Virus record (IMG/VR): IMGVR_UViG_3300049811_000087
Location: 1-56,841 of that record
DNA length: 56,841 nt
Reading direction: 5' to 3' (one strand)
DNA from: a virus
Lineage: Duplodnaviria; Caudoviricetes
Positions within the stretch are counted from its first letter, which is position 1; the number at the start of each line of letters is the position of its first letter. Below are positions 30,850 to 40,524 of the stretch, piece after piece. Position numbers and translations under genes: made by a program. Below the pieces are notes generated by a model. It was not told the DNA's origin. It saw only the letters and a program-made list of their open reading frames with translations, and made no database searches.

Positions 30850-31282
30850 GCGTGCTATTACATACGAGGATTTCAATGGCGAAACGGCCACTGAGACTTT
30901 CTACTTCAATCTGTCCAAGCCTGAATTGGTTGAGTTAGAAGTTGATATGGAGGGTGGTCTCGGTAAGCACATCGAAAGAATTGCGGAGGCCGAGAATAAC
31001 AAGGAGCTCATTGCTCTGTTCAAGCGTGTCATTCTTATTTCCTATGGCATCAAGTCGGACGACGGTAAGAGGTTCGTTAAGTCGGACGAGCTTCGTGCGG
31101 AGTTCGAGTCTCATGCTGCGTACACGGCGTTGTTCATCGAGCTGGCCACAGACGCAAAAGCTGCTGCCGACTTTGTGAATGGCATTATGCCTTCTGACTT
31201 GGTGGAAGCCGCCAAAGCCGATCAAGACAAGCCCACTGGACCTCCTGAGATCACAAAGGAAGCTAATGGATTATCAGGGTAA
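30842..31282 (+). CDS. Conserved hypothetical phage protein
   Basis: MLKRAITYEDFNGE...FYFNLSK.EL...SYG.KSDDGKRFVKS. Confidence 0.7.
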   Translation: MLKRAITYEDFNGETATETFYFNLSKPELVELEVDMEGGLGKHIERIAEAENNKELIALFKRVILISYGIKSDDGKRFVKSDELRAEFESHAAYTALFIELATDAKAAADFVNGIMPSDLVEAAKADQDKPTGPPEITKEANGLSG

Positions 31283-31883
31283 TAGTCATAAGAAGAAGGA
31301 AGCAGAAACTTCTTCTCCGCCAGAAAAAAAGATTGAGCGACTTGAGCTCGAGAGCAAAGTTGTTTCTAGGAAGAAGCCCATTGGAGCTCGGGTAAAGTCA
31401 GTTTTCTTTGGCGGTGAGTTCGACTCTGCAGTTCGGTATATTGGCGCTGAAGTCTTACTTCCAGCGTTTCGAAACCTTTTGGTTGACGCAACCACCAAAG
31501 GTATCGAGCGTATGGTTTACGGGGAATCCAACTACCCAAGGCAGCGTACGCCCGAGTATCGTCCTCGAGTGACCTACAATAGCCCAATTAACCGAGGACC
31601 TCGAGCCAACATTCCAGACCAGCCAAGTCGCCCACAACGAGCTAGGCACGATGACACGGAAATCGTCTTCGGGTCTCGAGGAGATGCCGAGCTTGTTCTC
31701 GATCGCATGCAGGACATCATCGAACAGTACGTGGTTGCTTCTATGGGCGACCTAAACGAGATCGTTGGTCTGCCCACCTCGCCTATTGATAATAAGTGGG
31801 GCTGGGATAACGTTCGACATGCTGAAATTCGACAGACTCGGGATGGGTTCATACTCAATCTCCCGCCAGCACAACCAATCTAA
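31266..31883 (+). CDS. Conserved hypothetical phage protein
   Basis: MDYQGNSH after AAGGA RBS; ...DNKWGW...LNLPPAQPI. Confidence 0.7.
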   Translation: MDYQGNSHKKKEAETSSPPEKKIERLELESKVVSRKKPIGARVKSVFFGGEFDSAVRYIGAEVLLPAFRNLLVDATTKGIERMVYGESNYPRQRTPEYRPRVTYNSPINRGPRANIPDQPSRPQRARHDDTEIVFGSRGDAELVLDRMQDIIEQYVVASMGDLNEIVGLPTSPIDNKWGWDNVRHAEIRQTRDGFILNLPPAQPI

Positions 31884-31896
31884 CCGGAGGACTACT

Positions 31897-32790
31897 ATGA
31901 GATTTGTTCCTAATAAATTGACGAGAAGTATAAACCGCACCATCCTCAAGTCAAAGAAGAATTCGCCCACGTTTTTCTTTGCTGCGGGGGTCGTTGGAGT
32001 TATTGGTGGAACAGCTCTTGCTTGTCGAGCCACGCTTCAGCTTCCCGAAGCTCTTGATGATTTTCAGGAGGAGGTGAATGAGGTCAAGGACATGGGTGAG
32101 AGTCGGGTGGCAAATGATGCCGACACTTACAACGAGCGAGAGTTCTACCGTGATATGCTTTACGTTTACGGCAAGCACAGCATGGGTATCGCGAAGCTGT
32201 ACGCCCCGTCCCTTGCCGTTGGAGCTATTTCTATTGCTTCGTTGACCGGCTCGCATATTACGCTGCAGCGTAGAAACGCCTCACTTACAGCCGCCTTCAC
32301 CGGCGTTGCGACCGCATACGAAGAGTATCGGAAGCGTGTGCAAAAAGAGTTGGGTGCTGAGCATGAACTCGATATTTACCATGCTGCCGAAAACCGTGTT
32401 ATCACTAATTCCGACAACACCAAAGACGTAGCCAAGATTGTAGACCCGAACAAGTGGTCTGCATACGCTAGGATATTTGATGAGAGCTCTCCCTATTGGG
32501 AAAAGAGTCCTCATATTAATCGTCTTTATGTTCAGGCAGCACAGAACTACTTTAACAACAAGCTGCAGGTCCGAGGACACGTGTTTCTTAACGAGGTCTA
32601 CGATCACTTTGGGTTTGAACACACTCAGGCTGGTTCTGTTGTCGGGTGGATCTTAGGTCACGACGGAGACAACTTCATTGATTTCGGCATATTTGATGCC
32701 TACAATTCGGAGTTTGTAAATGGGCTAGAGCGGTCCATTGTCCTTGATTTCAATGTGGACGGCATCATATTTGATAAACTGGAGTCCTGA
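31897..32790 (+). CDS. DUF6353-like protein (paralogue of 29923..30666)
   Basis: KNSP..FFAAGVVGV...ACRAT...YEEYRKRV...HVFLNEVYD...VGW...LDFNVDG. Confidence 0.65.
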   Translation: MRFVPNKLTRSINRTILKSKKNSPTFFFAAGVVGVIGGTALACRATLQLPEALDDFQEEVNEVKDMGESRVANDADTYNEREFYRDMLYVYGKHSMGIAKLYAPSLAVGAISIASLTGSHITLQRRNASLTAAFTGVATAYEEYRKRVQKELGAEHELDIYHAAENRVITNSDNTKDVAKIVDPNKWSAYARIFDESSPYWEKSPHINRLYVQAAQNYFNNKLQVRGHVFLNEVYDHFGFEHTQAGSVVGWILGHDGDNFIDFGIFDAYNSEFVNGLERSIVLDFNVDGIIFDKLES

Positions 32791-33626
32791 TGAACTCATT
32801 ACAATTTTATATTTCAGAATTCACGAAAAACAAGACCTTGGTCAGGGCTACTGCTTTTTGCGGTGGCTTTGGCTTTGGTTTCTATCTAGCTAGTCAGAAA
32901 ACAACCGAAATTGTTATCTATCCGGATGGCGGAGAACCAAACGACGTCAAAGTCGACGAGGATGATAATCCAGACGACGCCGTAATCCTCCATTTTCAAA
33001 AGCGTTTAGACGAGATTGCGGCTGAAGAAGAGGTAGCCGCTTTTGACGACAATCCGGTTATTGACCCGCCAGTAAACGACCCAAAAGATATTCGTGTCGA
33101 TTTAGACAAACTTCGGCATAGAGACGCTCTTATTGAAGAGTTTGGGTATACGGAAGGTATGCGTCGATACCAGAAAGAGTATTCTTTAGGCATGGACACG
33201 ACACCTTCAGAAGAGGCACAGATAGAAAACGTTTTCGGAAAAGACCCTAAGCCGTGGGATCAAGAAGCAGAAAAGGCAGCTCGCACCAACTCGGAAATTT
33301 ACGTTCTGCACAAAGACGAGTTTTGGCGAGACGAGATGGACTATACCCAAACGACTCTCACTTACTATTCCGGCGATGATATTCTTGTAGACCAAGATGA
33401 GGTCCCGATCTACAACTACCGGAACGTTGTCGGAGAGTTGCAGTTCGGGTATGGGTCCGAGGATCGAAATGCCTTCTATGTGCGAAATCATATTCTCAAG
33501 GCAGAATACGAGATTCTCCATGATCGAGGAAGTTATGCTATTGAAGTGCTCGGGTTAGAGTACGAAGAGCAGCAAGAAAGGGCTTCCTTAAAACACTCTC
33601 TCGGTAAATTCAGACCGGATGATTGA
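32790..33626 (+). CDS. Acidic hypothetical protein
   Basis: TLTYYSGDDILVD...YVRN...EYEI; overlapping stop/start. Confidence 0.65.
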   Translation: MNSLQFYISEFTKNKTLVRATAFCGGFGFGFYLASQKTTEIVIYPDGGEPNDVKVDEDDNPDDAVILHFQKRLDEIAAEEEVAAFDDNPVIDPPVNDPKDIRVDLDKLRHRDALIEEFGYTEGMRRYQKEYSLGMDTTPSEEAQIENVFGKDPKPWDQEAEKAARTNSEIYVLHKDEFWRDEMDYTQTTLTYYSGDDILVDQDEVPIYNYRNVVGELQFGYGSEDRNAFYVRNHILKAEYEILHDRGSYAIEVLGLEYEEQQERASLKHSLGKFRPDD

Positions 33627-34153
33627 TCATGGAAGAGTCATTGGAGACCCTGTACTTCGAGTGGCTCTACGCAAAGGTGATGTTATCCGATCAGCCTGCT
33701 CAGTCATACACAAATCTAATTAAAGCTCTATATGATACTGAATTTGTGTGGCTTGTAGTTGGCGATGACAACAGAGCTCAAGATGGACTAGACCTTCGCA
33801 GTGAGTTTTTGGAGGCAGCTCAATTTGACCCTGATTGTGTGTACGATTTCATGTTTGGCTGTACTGTTCTTGAAATGCTGATTGCGTTCTCGAGAAGAGC
33901 CGAGTTTCAAACTGATATTCGTCCTAACGAATGGTTTTGGGAGTTCGTTACAAATCTCGGACTAGCAGACCATCACGATGATGACATAGATATCCAGTCG
34001 GTTAACGATATTCTATACAACTTTGTGTGGAGAACATATGATTATACTGGTTTAGGCGGGTTATTTCCTCTTAACAATCCGCTTGTGGACCAAACTGAGA
34101 TAGAAATCTGGTATCAATTCTGCGCCTATCTTGTTGAGAAAGGCTTTGACTAG
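33623..34153 (+). CDS. Conserved hypothetical phage protein
   Basis: YFEWL...DDNRAQDGLDLR...LEMLIA...GGLFPL...EIWYQ. Confidence 0.65.
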   Translation: MIMEESLETLYFEWLYAKVMLSDQPAQSYTNLIKALYDTEFVWLVVGDDNRAQDGLDLRSEFLEAAQFDPDCVYDFMFGCTVLEMLIAFSRRAEFQTDIRPNEWFWEFVTNLGLADHHDDDIDIQSVNDILYNFVWRTYDYTGLGGLFPLNNPLVDQTEIEIWYQFCAYLVEKGFD

Positions 34154-34165
34154 AAGGGAGGTTCT

Positions 34166-37100
34166 GTGGATTTTTATAATATCGTGGTTAAAGAAAAGAA
34201 AGATGGCGCACTGCAGATCCGCCCTGATTTCAAGGTTGGTAGGTCCAAAGATCTTATGACTCGTGGCGGGGCTTTCTATGCCATCTGGGACGAGGAAAAA
34301 GGTCTTTGGTCTACCGATATTTATGATGTTCAGCGCTTGGTAGACGCCGATCTATACAAGTACCAAGAAGAGATGCTTAATCGAGATGGGGTTAGCCCAA
34401 CCGTTGCTACACTGGAGTCCAACTCTACGAAGCTTTGGGATGAGTTCCAGCGGTTTGTTCGTAATAGCGGTAACAACAGCCACAATCTGGATGAGGTTCT
34501 GACGTTTGCTAACACCGAAGTCAAGAAGACTGACTACGTGAGTAAGCGCCTTCCATATTCTCTTCACCCAGGCAAGACGGACGCATGGGATCAGATCGTG
34601 GGTACGTTATATTCTGAAGAGGAGCGTGAGAAAATTGAATGGGCTATCGGCGCAGTGGTTTCAGGAGATTCTAAGCATATCCAGAAGTTCCTGGTTTTCT
34701 ACGGACCTCCAGGTTCTGGAAAGTCCACCATCCTCAACATTATCCAGAAGCTGTTCGACGGTTACACGGCGGTATTTGATGCCAGAGAACTCGCTGGCAA
34801 TAATAATGCTTTTGCCACTGCAGCCTTTAAGTCAAATCCTCTGGTCGCCATCCAACACGACGGAGATCTCTCCCGAATCTACGACAACACGAAGCTGAAT
34901 TCGATTGTTGCTCATGAGACTATGACGGTCAACGAAAAGTATCGGGCGCCGTTTGAGACCAAGTCAAACGCATTTTTGTTCATGGGAACAAACCTTCCCG
35001 TTAAGATTACAGACGCAAAGTCTGGTATTATTCGGAGGCTAATTGATGTTGTTCCTACTCAACGGACGATTGATCATAATACCTATCATATTCTCATGGA
35101 CCAGATTGATTTTGAGCTGGGAGCAATTGCTTATCTTTGTCTGGAACGATACTTGGCCCTTGGGAAGAATTATTATAGTTCGTATCGGCCAACTGAAATG
35201 ATGCTTCAGACGGACGTCTTCTATAACTTTGTGGAGGCGCACTTTGATATTTTCAAATTAGAAGACGGCGTCACCTTGAAGCGAGCTTGGACTCTTTACA
35301 AAGAGTTCTGTGCTGACACGGGAATCGAAAAGACTCTTCCCCAGTACAAGATCCGAGAGCACCTCAAGGATTATTTCGAAGAGTTTCATGATCGAATCAA
35401 GATAGATGGCGTAGACGTTCGCAGTTACTACAAAGGATTTAAACATTTGGCTCCTGGACCACCAAGGTCTCAGATGCCTGTTAAAACTGACGATCCTTAC
35501 GTTATTGAGCTTGGTGAACACCCCTCGGTATTCGATGAGATGTTCGCAAACCAGCCTGCTCAGTATGCAAACGAGGAAGGTACACCATCTAAGAAGTGGG
35601 AGAACGTAACCACAAAGCTTCGAGATATTGACACCTCGAAACTTCACTACGTTCAGGTGCCAAAAGAACATGTTGTCATTGATTTTGACCTGACCGATGA
35701 AGATGGAAACAAGTCGCTGGAAGCTTGTTTGGAAAAAGCAAAGACTTGGCCCGCAACTTATGCGGAATTGAGTAAAAGTGGTAATGGTCTTCATCTTCAC
35801 TACAACTATCATGGCGATGTTGAAGCGTTGTCTAACGTTTATGGGGTTGGGATCGAAGTCAAAACTCTTCTTGGTAATTCTTCACTGAGAAGGCAGCTAA
35901 CAAAATGTAATATGGTTAATGTTACGCCTCTTTACGAAGGGCTTCCAACTAAGGAGAAAAAGGTGATTGATGCTCAGAGCATAAAGAGTGAACGAGCGCT
36001 GCGAGATCTGATCTCCAGGAACCTTCGAAAAGAAGTTCATCCGGGGACAAAGCCTTCCATTGATTTCATCCACAAGATTTTGAGTGATGCGCACAACAAT
36101 GGGTTGTCTTACGACGTAAGAGACATGCGTGGCGATATTCTTAGTTTTGCTGCGATGAGTACTAATCATGCTACCGACTGCATCAAGTTGGTGCAAAAGA
36201 TGGAATTTGTCGGGCAGAACGAGATGCCCGTGATTACTTCAGCTGACGAGAAACCTTTGGTCTTCTTTGATGTTGAGGTATATCCTAATCTCTTTGTCGT
36301 TTGCTGGAAAGCCGAAGATTCTGCTGACGTTGCTAAGTTGATTAACCCGTCCTCGGAAGAAATTGAAGAGCTCCTTACCCATAAGCTTGTGGGCTTCAAC
36401 AACCGTCGATACGACAATCATATTCTCTATGCTCGATATCTTGGGTATTCGATTGACGAGCTTTATAACCTCAGCAACCGAATCATCAACGGAGGCTCAA
36501 GCCGAGATGTCATGTTTGGAGAAGCCTACAATCTTTCGTATGCGGATATTTACGACTTTAGCTCCAAAAAGCAGGGCTTGAAGAAGTTCCAAATCGAGCT
36601 GGGTATCCTTCACATGGAGCTCGATATTCCCTGGGATAAACCTGTTCCTGAAGACCTTTGGGATAAGGTCGTAACATATTGTCAGAACGACGTGATGGCA
36701 ACCGAAGCGGTCTTTAAGAATCGTATTCAAGACTTCAACGCCAGGAAGATTCTCGCCGAATTGTCGGGTCTTTCAGTTAATCATACCACGCAAGCCCATA
36801 CGGCTAAGATCATATTTGGTGATGATAAACGACCCCAAGATAAGTTTGTTTACACCGATCTAAGCAAAGAGTTCCCCGGTTATATATTTGACGGGAAAGA
36901 GAGTTACTATAAGGGCGAGATCACAGGTGAAGGTGGTTACGTATATGCTGAGCCGGGTATTTATGAGAATGTGGCGCTTCTTGACGTTGCGAGTATGCAT
37001 CCGACGTCCATTGAGTGCCTCGACTTATTTGGGCCGTATACGAGCAGATTCGCTGACCTTAAAGCGGCACGTTTGGCAATTAAGCATAAGGACTACGCAA

Positions 37101-37900
37101 CAGCCGGGCGCCTCCTGGACGGTAAGCTCGGACCGTTTGTCGGAGGCACTGATGAAGACCTGGAAGCTCTGTCTTACGCTCTTAAGATCGTAATCAACAT
37201 TGTCTATGGTTTGACCAGCGCTCGATTCGACAACCCCTTCAGAGATTTCCGAAACAAGGATAACATTGTCGCCAAGCGAGGCGCTTTGTTCATGATCGAT
37301 CTCAAAGAAGCGGTGCAAGATCGAGGCTTTACGGTTGCACATATTAAGACGGACTCCATCAAGATCCCGAACGCAACGCCGGAGATCATTGAGTTTGTCA
37401 CCCAGTTTGGTCGAGAGTACGGATACGACTTCGAGCACGAGGGAACCTATGACAAATTCTGCTTGGTCAACGATGCGGTTTATATTGCTAAAGAAGATAA
37501 TCACTGGAATGCTGTTGGGGCTCAGTTTCAACATCCGTACGTCTACAAGACTTTATTTACGCATGAGCCGATTGAATTCGAGGATTACTGCGAAGCCCGA
37601 AGCGTTATTCAAGGGGTCATGTACCTCGACTTCGTTGGGGACGGCAATCTCTCCGATTTCAAGCACGTCGGAAGGACTGGAATGTTCGTTCCAGTTAAAT
37701 CCGGAGGCGGCTCGCTTCTTAGAGTCAAGGATGAAAAAGCCTACGCCGTGACAGGGACCAAAGACTATAAGTGGGTCGAGTCTTCTGTTGCTAAGGAAAA
37801 CCCAGACATTGAGGTAGACTACTCATATTTCGAAGACCTTGTTACAAAGGCCAAAGAAGCAATTGAGAAGTTTGGCTCTTTTGATGAGTTTGTGAGTTAA
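34166..37900 (+). CDS. Multifunctional replicase: SF3 (D5-like) helicase + AEP primase + 3'-5' exonuclease + family B DNA polymerase
   Basis: GPPGSGKST; VIDFD...SKSGNGLHLHY; FFDVEV, GFNNRRYD, YCQNDV; LDVASMHP, KIVINIVYG, IKTDS. Confidence 0.88.
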   Translation: MDFYNIVVKEKKDGALQIRPDFKVGRSKDLMTRGGAFYAIWDEEKGLWSTDIYDVQRLVDADLYKYQEEMLNRDGVSPTVATLESNSTKLWDEFQRFVRNSGNNSHNLDEVLTFANTEVKKTDYVSKRLPYSLHPGKTDAWDQIVGTLYSEEEREKIEWAIGAVVSGDSKHIQKFLVFYGPPGSGKSTILNIIQKLFDGYTAVFDARELAGNNNAFATAAFKSNPLVAIQHDGDLSRIYDNTKLNSIVAHETMTVNEKYRAPFETKSNAFLFMGTNLPVKITDAKSGIIRRLIDVVPTQRTIDHNTYHILMDQIDFELGAIAYLCLERYLALGKNYYSSYRPTEMMLQTDVFYNFVEAHFDIFKLEDGVTLKRAWTLYKEFCADTGIEKTLPQYKIREHLKDYFEEFHDRIKIDGVDVRSYYKGFKHLAPGPPRSQMPVKTDDPYVIELGEHPSVFDEMFANQPAQYANEEGTPSKKWENVTTKLRDIDTSKLHYVQVPKEHVVIDFDLTDEDGNKSLEACLEKAKTWPATYAELSKSGNGLHLHYNYHGDVEALSNVYGVGIEVKTLLGNSSLRRQLTKCNMVNVTPLYEGLPTKEKKVIDAQSIKSERALRDLISRNLRKEVHPGTKPSIDFIHKILSDAHNNGLSYDVRDMRGDILSFAAMSTNHATDCIKLVQKMEFVGQNEMPVITSADEKPLVFFDVEVYPNLFVVCWKAEDSADVAKLINPSSEEIEELLTHKLVGFNNRRYDNHILYARYLGYSIDELYNLSNRIINGGSSRDVMFGEAYNLSYADIYDFSSKKQGLKKFQIELGILHMELDIPWDKPVPEDLWDKVVTYCQNDVMATEAVFKNRIQDFNARKILAELSGLSVNHTTQAHTAKIIFGDDKRPQDKFVYTDLSKEFPGYIFDGKESYYKGEITGEGGYVYAEPGIYENVALLDVASMHPTSIECLDLFGPYTSRFADLKAARLAIKHKDYATAGRLLDGKLGPFVGGTDEDLEALSYALKIVINIVYGLTSARFDNPFRDFRNKDNIVAKRGALFMIDLKEAVQDRGFTVAHIKTDSIKIPNATPEIIEFVTQFGREYGYDFEHEGTYDKFCLVNDAVYIAKEDNHWNAVGAQFQHPYVYKTLFTHEPIEFEDYCEARSVIQGVMYLDFVGDGNLSDFKHVGRTGMFVPVKSGGGSLLRVKDEKAYAVTGTKDYKWVESSVAKENPDIEVDYSYFEDLVTKAKEAIEKFGSFDEFVS

Positions 37901-37902
37901 TT

Positions 37903-38088
37903 ATGAAATTTGGAGAATGGCAAGCAAGTCGTGGTATTCAACCTTGGATAACAAAACCGCAGCATATTGCTCCGGCTATAGACGCTCTGACTGCGGCTAT
38001 ATTTAAAGCTGCAGACGGTATGAAATCATTTGGAGAAACCGTGGCTAGGCTTTCAGCATGCTTTAATTCAAACAAGGAGGATATTTAG
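37903..38088 (+). CDS. Hypothetical protein (paralogue of 44877..45071)
   Basis: F.EWQ.S.GI.PW..KP shared. Confidence 0.55.
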   Translation: MKFGEWQASRGIQPWITKPQHIAPAIDALTAAIFKAADGMKSFGETVARLSACFNSNKEDI

Positions 38089-38456
38089 TGGATTCAGATA
38101 TGTTGGAAGAAGTAATTAGCAAACAATTTGTTATTTGTAGTGAGCTTCTTTCTCAAAAAGCTAAAGAGTATGCGCCCGTAGATCGGCTTCATAATTTCCG
38201 AGTCGCTGCCGAGATGCAGAATGTGCGACTTGAGACGGCTTTGGCCGGTATGATGGCTAAGCATACCGTTAGTCTCTACGACCTTATTGAGCGTACACAA
38301 AAGGGGGAGGTGTTCGGTAGCGATATTTGGGTTGAAAAGATTACCGATCACATGAACTATCTCCTTCTCCTCAAGGCGATTCTTGTTGAGGAATGGGATA
38401 AACCCACAATAACCGTTAATACTATTACTGAAAGGGATGTTGCCTATCATGGTTAG
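38088..38456 (+). CDS. All-alpha nucleotide-modification-associated / MazG-like protein (putative)
   Basis: K..EYA..D.LHNF...K...EKITD..NY.LL pattern. Confidence 0.45.
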   Translation: MDSDMLEEVISKQFVICSELLSQKAKEYAPVDRLHNFRVAAEMQNVRLETALAGMMAKHTVSLYDLIERTQKGEVFGSDIWVEKITDHMNYLLLLKAILVEEWDKPTITVNTITERDVAYHG

Positions 38457-38916
38457 AGAAGAAGCAAAGACTTTTATGGTGGAGGATGCTCAGCTCATCT
38501 TTCGTAATTTCTCGGGAAAGGAGGGGCAGTACAACCGAGAAGGAGACCGAAACTTCGCCGTTATTCTTGACGATGAGTCGGCACAGGCCATGATCGAGGA
38601 CGGTTGGAACATTCGTTTCCTGGAGCCTCGGGAGGAGGGCGATACCACAACGCCTTATATATCAGTCACTGTCAAGTTCGACATCATGCCTCCGACGGTT
38701 ATCATGATTACTTCTTCTGGGCGTGTCCGTCTTGATGAAGACTCTGTCGCCGTTCTTGACTGGGCGAACATCCAGACTGTGGATCTAATTGGTCGAGCGT
38801 ACGAGTGGACTGTTAACGGTAAGAGCGGCATCAAGGCTTACCTGAAGTCCATGTACGTGACCATCGAAGAGGACGCCCTCGAGCGTAAGTACGCCAACGT
38901 GGAGGACAAGACCTGA
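38449..38916 (+). CDS. Single-stranded DNA-binding protein (putative)
   Basis: FRNFSG....YN.EG.RNF...GWN...KAYLK; downstream of the replicase. Confidence 0.6.
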   Translation: MVREEAKTFMVEDAQLIFRNFSGKEGQYNREGDRNFAVILDDESAQAMIEDGWNIRFLEPREEGDTTTPYISVTVKFDIMPPTVIMITSSGRVRLDEDSVAVLDWANIQTVDLIGRAYEWTVNGKSGIKAYLKSMYVTIEEDALERKYANVEDKT

Positions 38917-39083
38917 TGTGGCCTATGGTTATCGGAGCCCTCTTATTTGCTATCGGCGTTTTGTTTGGCTTCGGAATCTCGCACGCTTCTTTCAAGTTGA
39001 TTCTTGAAGGCGACGAATCTCCGTTTGACGATTACAACCGATCTTATTCATCTATAAAGGAAAAGGAACACAATGCAGTTTGA
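38916..39083 (+). CDS. Small membrane protein (55 aa; not in ORF track)
   Basis: GGAGG RBS, TGATG overlap; MWPMVIGALLFAIGVLFGFGI. Confidence 0.55.
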   Translation: MWPMVIGALLFAIGVLFGFGISHASFKLILEGDESPFDDYNRSYSSIKEKEHNAV

Positions 39084-39333
39084 TACTTATGCCCGTAAGC
39101 CGTTCGTTGTGGAGGCCGTGGAGATCACGGAGGAGAACATCGAGCAGGTTGCTGAGTTTGTCGGTACTGTCCGAAAGAAGGATGACGGAACGTCGTTCAT
39201 TCAGGTCGACCGTCGCCTTATCCCCAACGTCTACCGAGTTTACCCTGGGTTCTTCATGACGAAGATGGGCGATAACGTTCGTTGCTACTCTCCCAAGATC
39301 TTCAGGGATCAGTTCGAGTTGATTGAAAGCTGA
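39073..39333 (+). CDS. Hypothetical protein
   Basis: Y.RKPFVVEAVEIT...F...FE pattern of small phage beta proteins. Confidence 0.65.
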   Translation: MQFDTYARKPFVVEAVEITEENIEQVAEFVGTVRKKDDGTSFIQVDRRLIPNVYRVYPGFFMTKMGDNVRCYSPKIFRDQFELIES

Positions 39334-39351
39334 TAAAGGAGTTTAAAAACA

Positions 39352-39546
39352 ATGAAGATCAAGAGTCCTGAACAGTTGGTTATTGGTGATGTTATTCCTA
39401 ACTGGGGAGCCGATCTGGTTGTTAAACACACAGCGCCGGAGCCTCTGGGGTATGACATTCCTCTTAGTATTCGGGTTGAGTTTGAAAGCGGCAGGTATGC
39501 CAATTACCCTGTAGGAACTGCAATCCGAGTTGTAGATAAAGGGTAA
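39352..39546 (+). CDS. Hypothetical protein
   Basis: AAGGAG RBS; LVIGDVI SH3-like start. Confidence 0.55.
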   Translation: MKIKSPEQLVIGDVIPNWGADLVVKHTAPEPLGYDIPLSIRVEFESGRYANYPVGTAIRVVDKG

Positions 39547-39554
39547 CAAAATCT

Positions 39555-39575
39555 ACAACGCCTATAATGAAGAGA
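39555..39575 (+). promoter_or_regulatory. Conserved phage promoter-like motif, copy 3 (heads accessory/tRNA operon)
   Basis: TAACA-N6-ACAACGCCTATAATGAAGAGA. Confidence 0.8.
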
Positions 39576-39634
39576 AAGGCGATATCGAATGATATTACCT
39601 GTGGATTCCCATCCACACCTCTTCTTTTATTTTT
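39569..39634 (+). ncRNA. Structured leader / small RNA (three-way junction plus U-tract)
   Basis: GAAGAG/CTCTTC closes GGCGATATC/GATATTACC and TGTGGAT/ATCCACA hairpins, then TTTTATTTTT. Confidence 0.55.
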
Positions 39635-39651
39635 CCATGAAAGGATTAAGA

Positions 39652-39864
39652 ATGACATTAACTTCTAAGGTTGGCAAGTTCATTTTTGCTGACCACTGTG
39701 AGCTGTCCAAAGCTAAGCTGATTCGGGATACCGTGATGGGGCAAATCCTGAATCCGCCCGAGGGCAGTCAAAGGCTTCCGAGAGATGAAAAGGCTATTTT
39801 CACTTTCGTAGCCAGTGCATTCAAAAAGGACGCTCCCAAGCGGGAGGCCATCGTCCTTTCATGA
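39652..39864 (+). CDS. Hypothetical protein
   Basis: AAAGGA RBS before ATG 39652. Confidence 0.55.
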   Translation: MTLTSKVGKFIFADHCELSKAKLIRDTVMGQILNPPEGSQRLPRDEKAIFTFVASAFKKDAPKREAIVLS

Positions 39865-40265
39865 TCGTTTCAGGGCGCTACAACCTTTCGCCAAGAGTTG
39901 TACAGTCCGCAGCGGAACGCCCCCAGCACCCCTGGTCGGACCGCCCTGTGACTTTGATCAAACAGTGCCTTTGTTCATGGCCTTGTGTCGGTAAAGACCA
40001 CGTAGTGTATTTTTCCTCTCCCGGCTTGGATACACGTGTACCTCGTAAAAATCTGGTGACTTGATCCTTTACGATGATGACACTATACGTCCGTGGTTGC
40101 CTTAACTCGCAGTCTGGTGGAGTCTGTAGTGACGATCGATGAGTTCCTCTCGTCATGGTACCTTTTAAATCGTCGAGTCATTCGGCGGGCCAGATTGTTA
40201 TTTCGCCTCTGTAGGGCGTCTCTCACCCAGGCTGAGCATCCTGGGGTATATCAAAACTGCTCCAC
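39865..40265 (+). ncRNA. Candidate ~400-nt structured non-coding RNA with pseudoknots
   Basis: No RBS-supported ORF; many nested helices and two pseudoknot pairings read by eye (see findings). Confidence 0.5.
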
Positions 40266-40308
40266 TTCGCTCAAAAAAATTCACCATTTAATAATAGGAG
40301 AAATACTA

Positions 40309-40524
40309 ATGGACCGCGTTTTTGTTATCATTGAAGTTCTATACAAGAATGGTGGCGACTGGCCTCACGACTCCGACAGGGTTCAGTATGGGCCATTTAT
40401 GACTGGTGCAGATGCTATGGAGTTCTACATTGAAGGTGTTAAGATGGGTAAATTCTACCCAAATCATTTTTTGACGCGAAGAGTCAACCCACCGTCTTAT
40501 GCCCCTACTTACCAGGAGAGTTAA
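40309..40524 (+). CDS. Hypothetical protein
   Basis: AGGAG RBS before ATG 40309. Confidence 0.6.
   Translation: MDRVFVIIEVLYKNGGDWPHDSDRVQYGPFMTGADAMEFYIEGVKMGKFYPNHFLTRRVNPPSYAPTYQES

Noticed and set aside
39861-40308. Track ORF 39861..40064 and the 5' extension of 40093..40524
   Set aside because: Implausible composition and no clear RBS, although 39861 has an ATGA overlap; dense pairing favours RNA, and the RBS-led start is 40309
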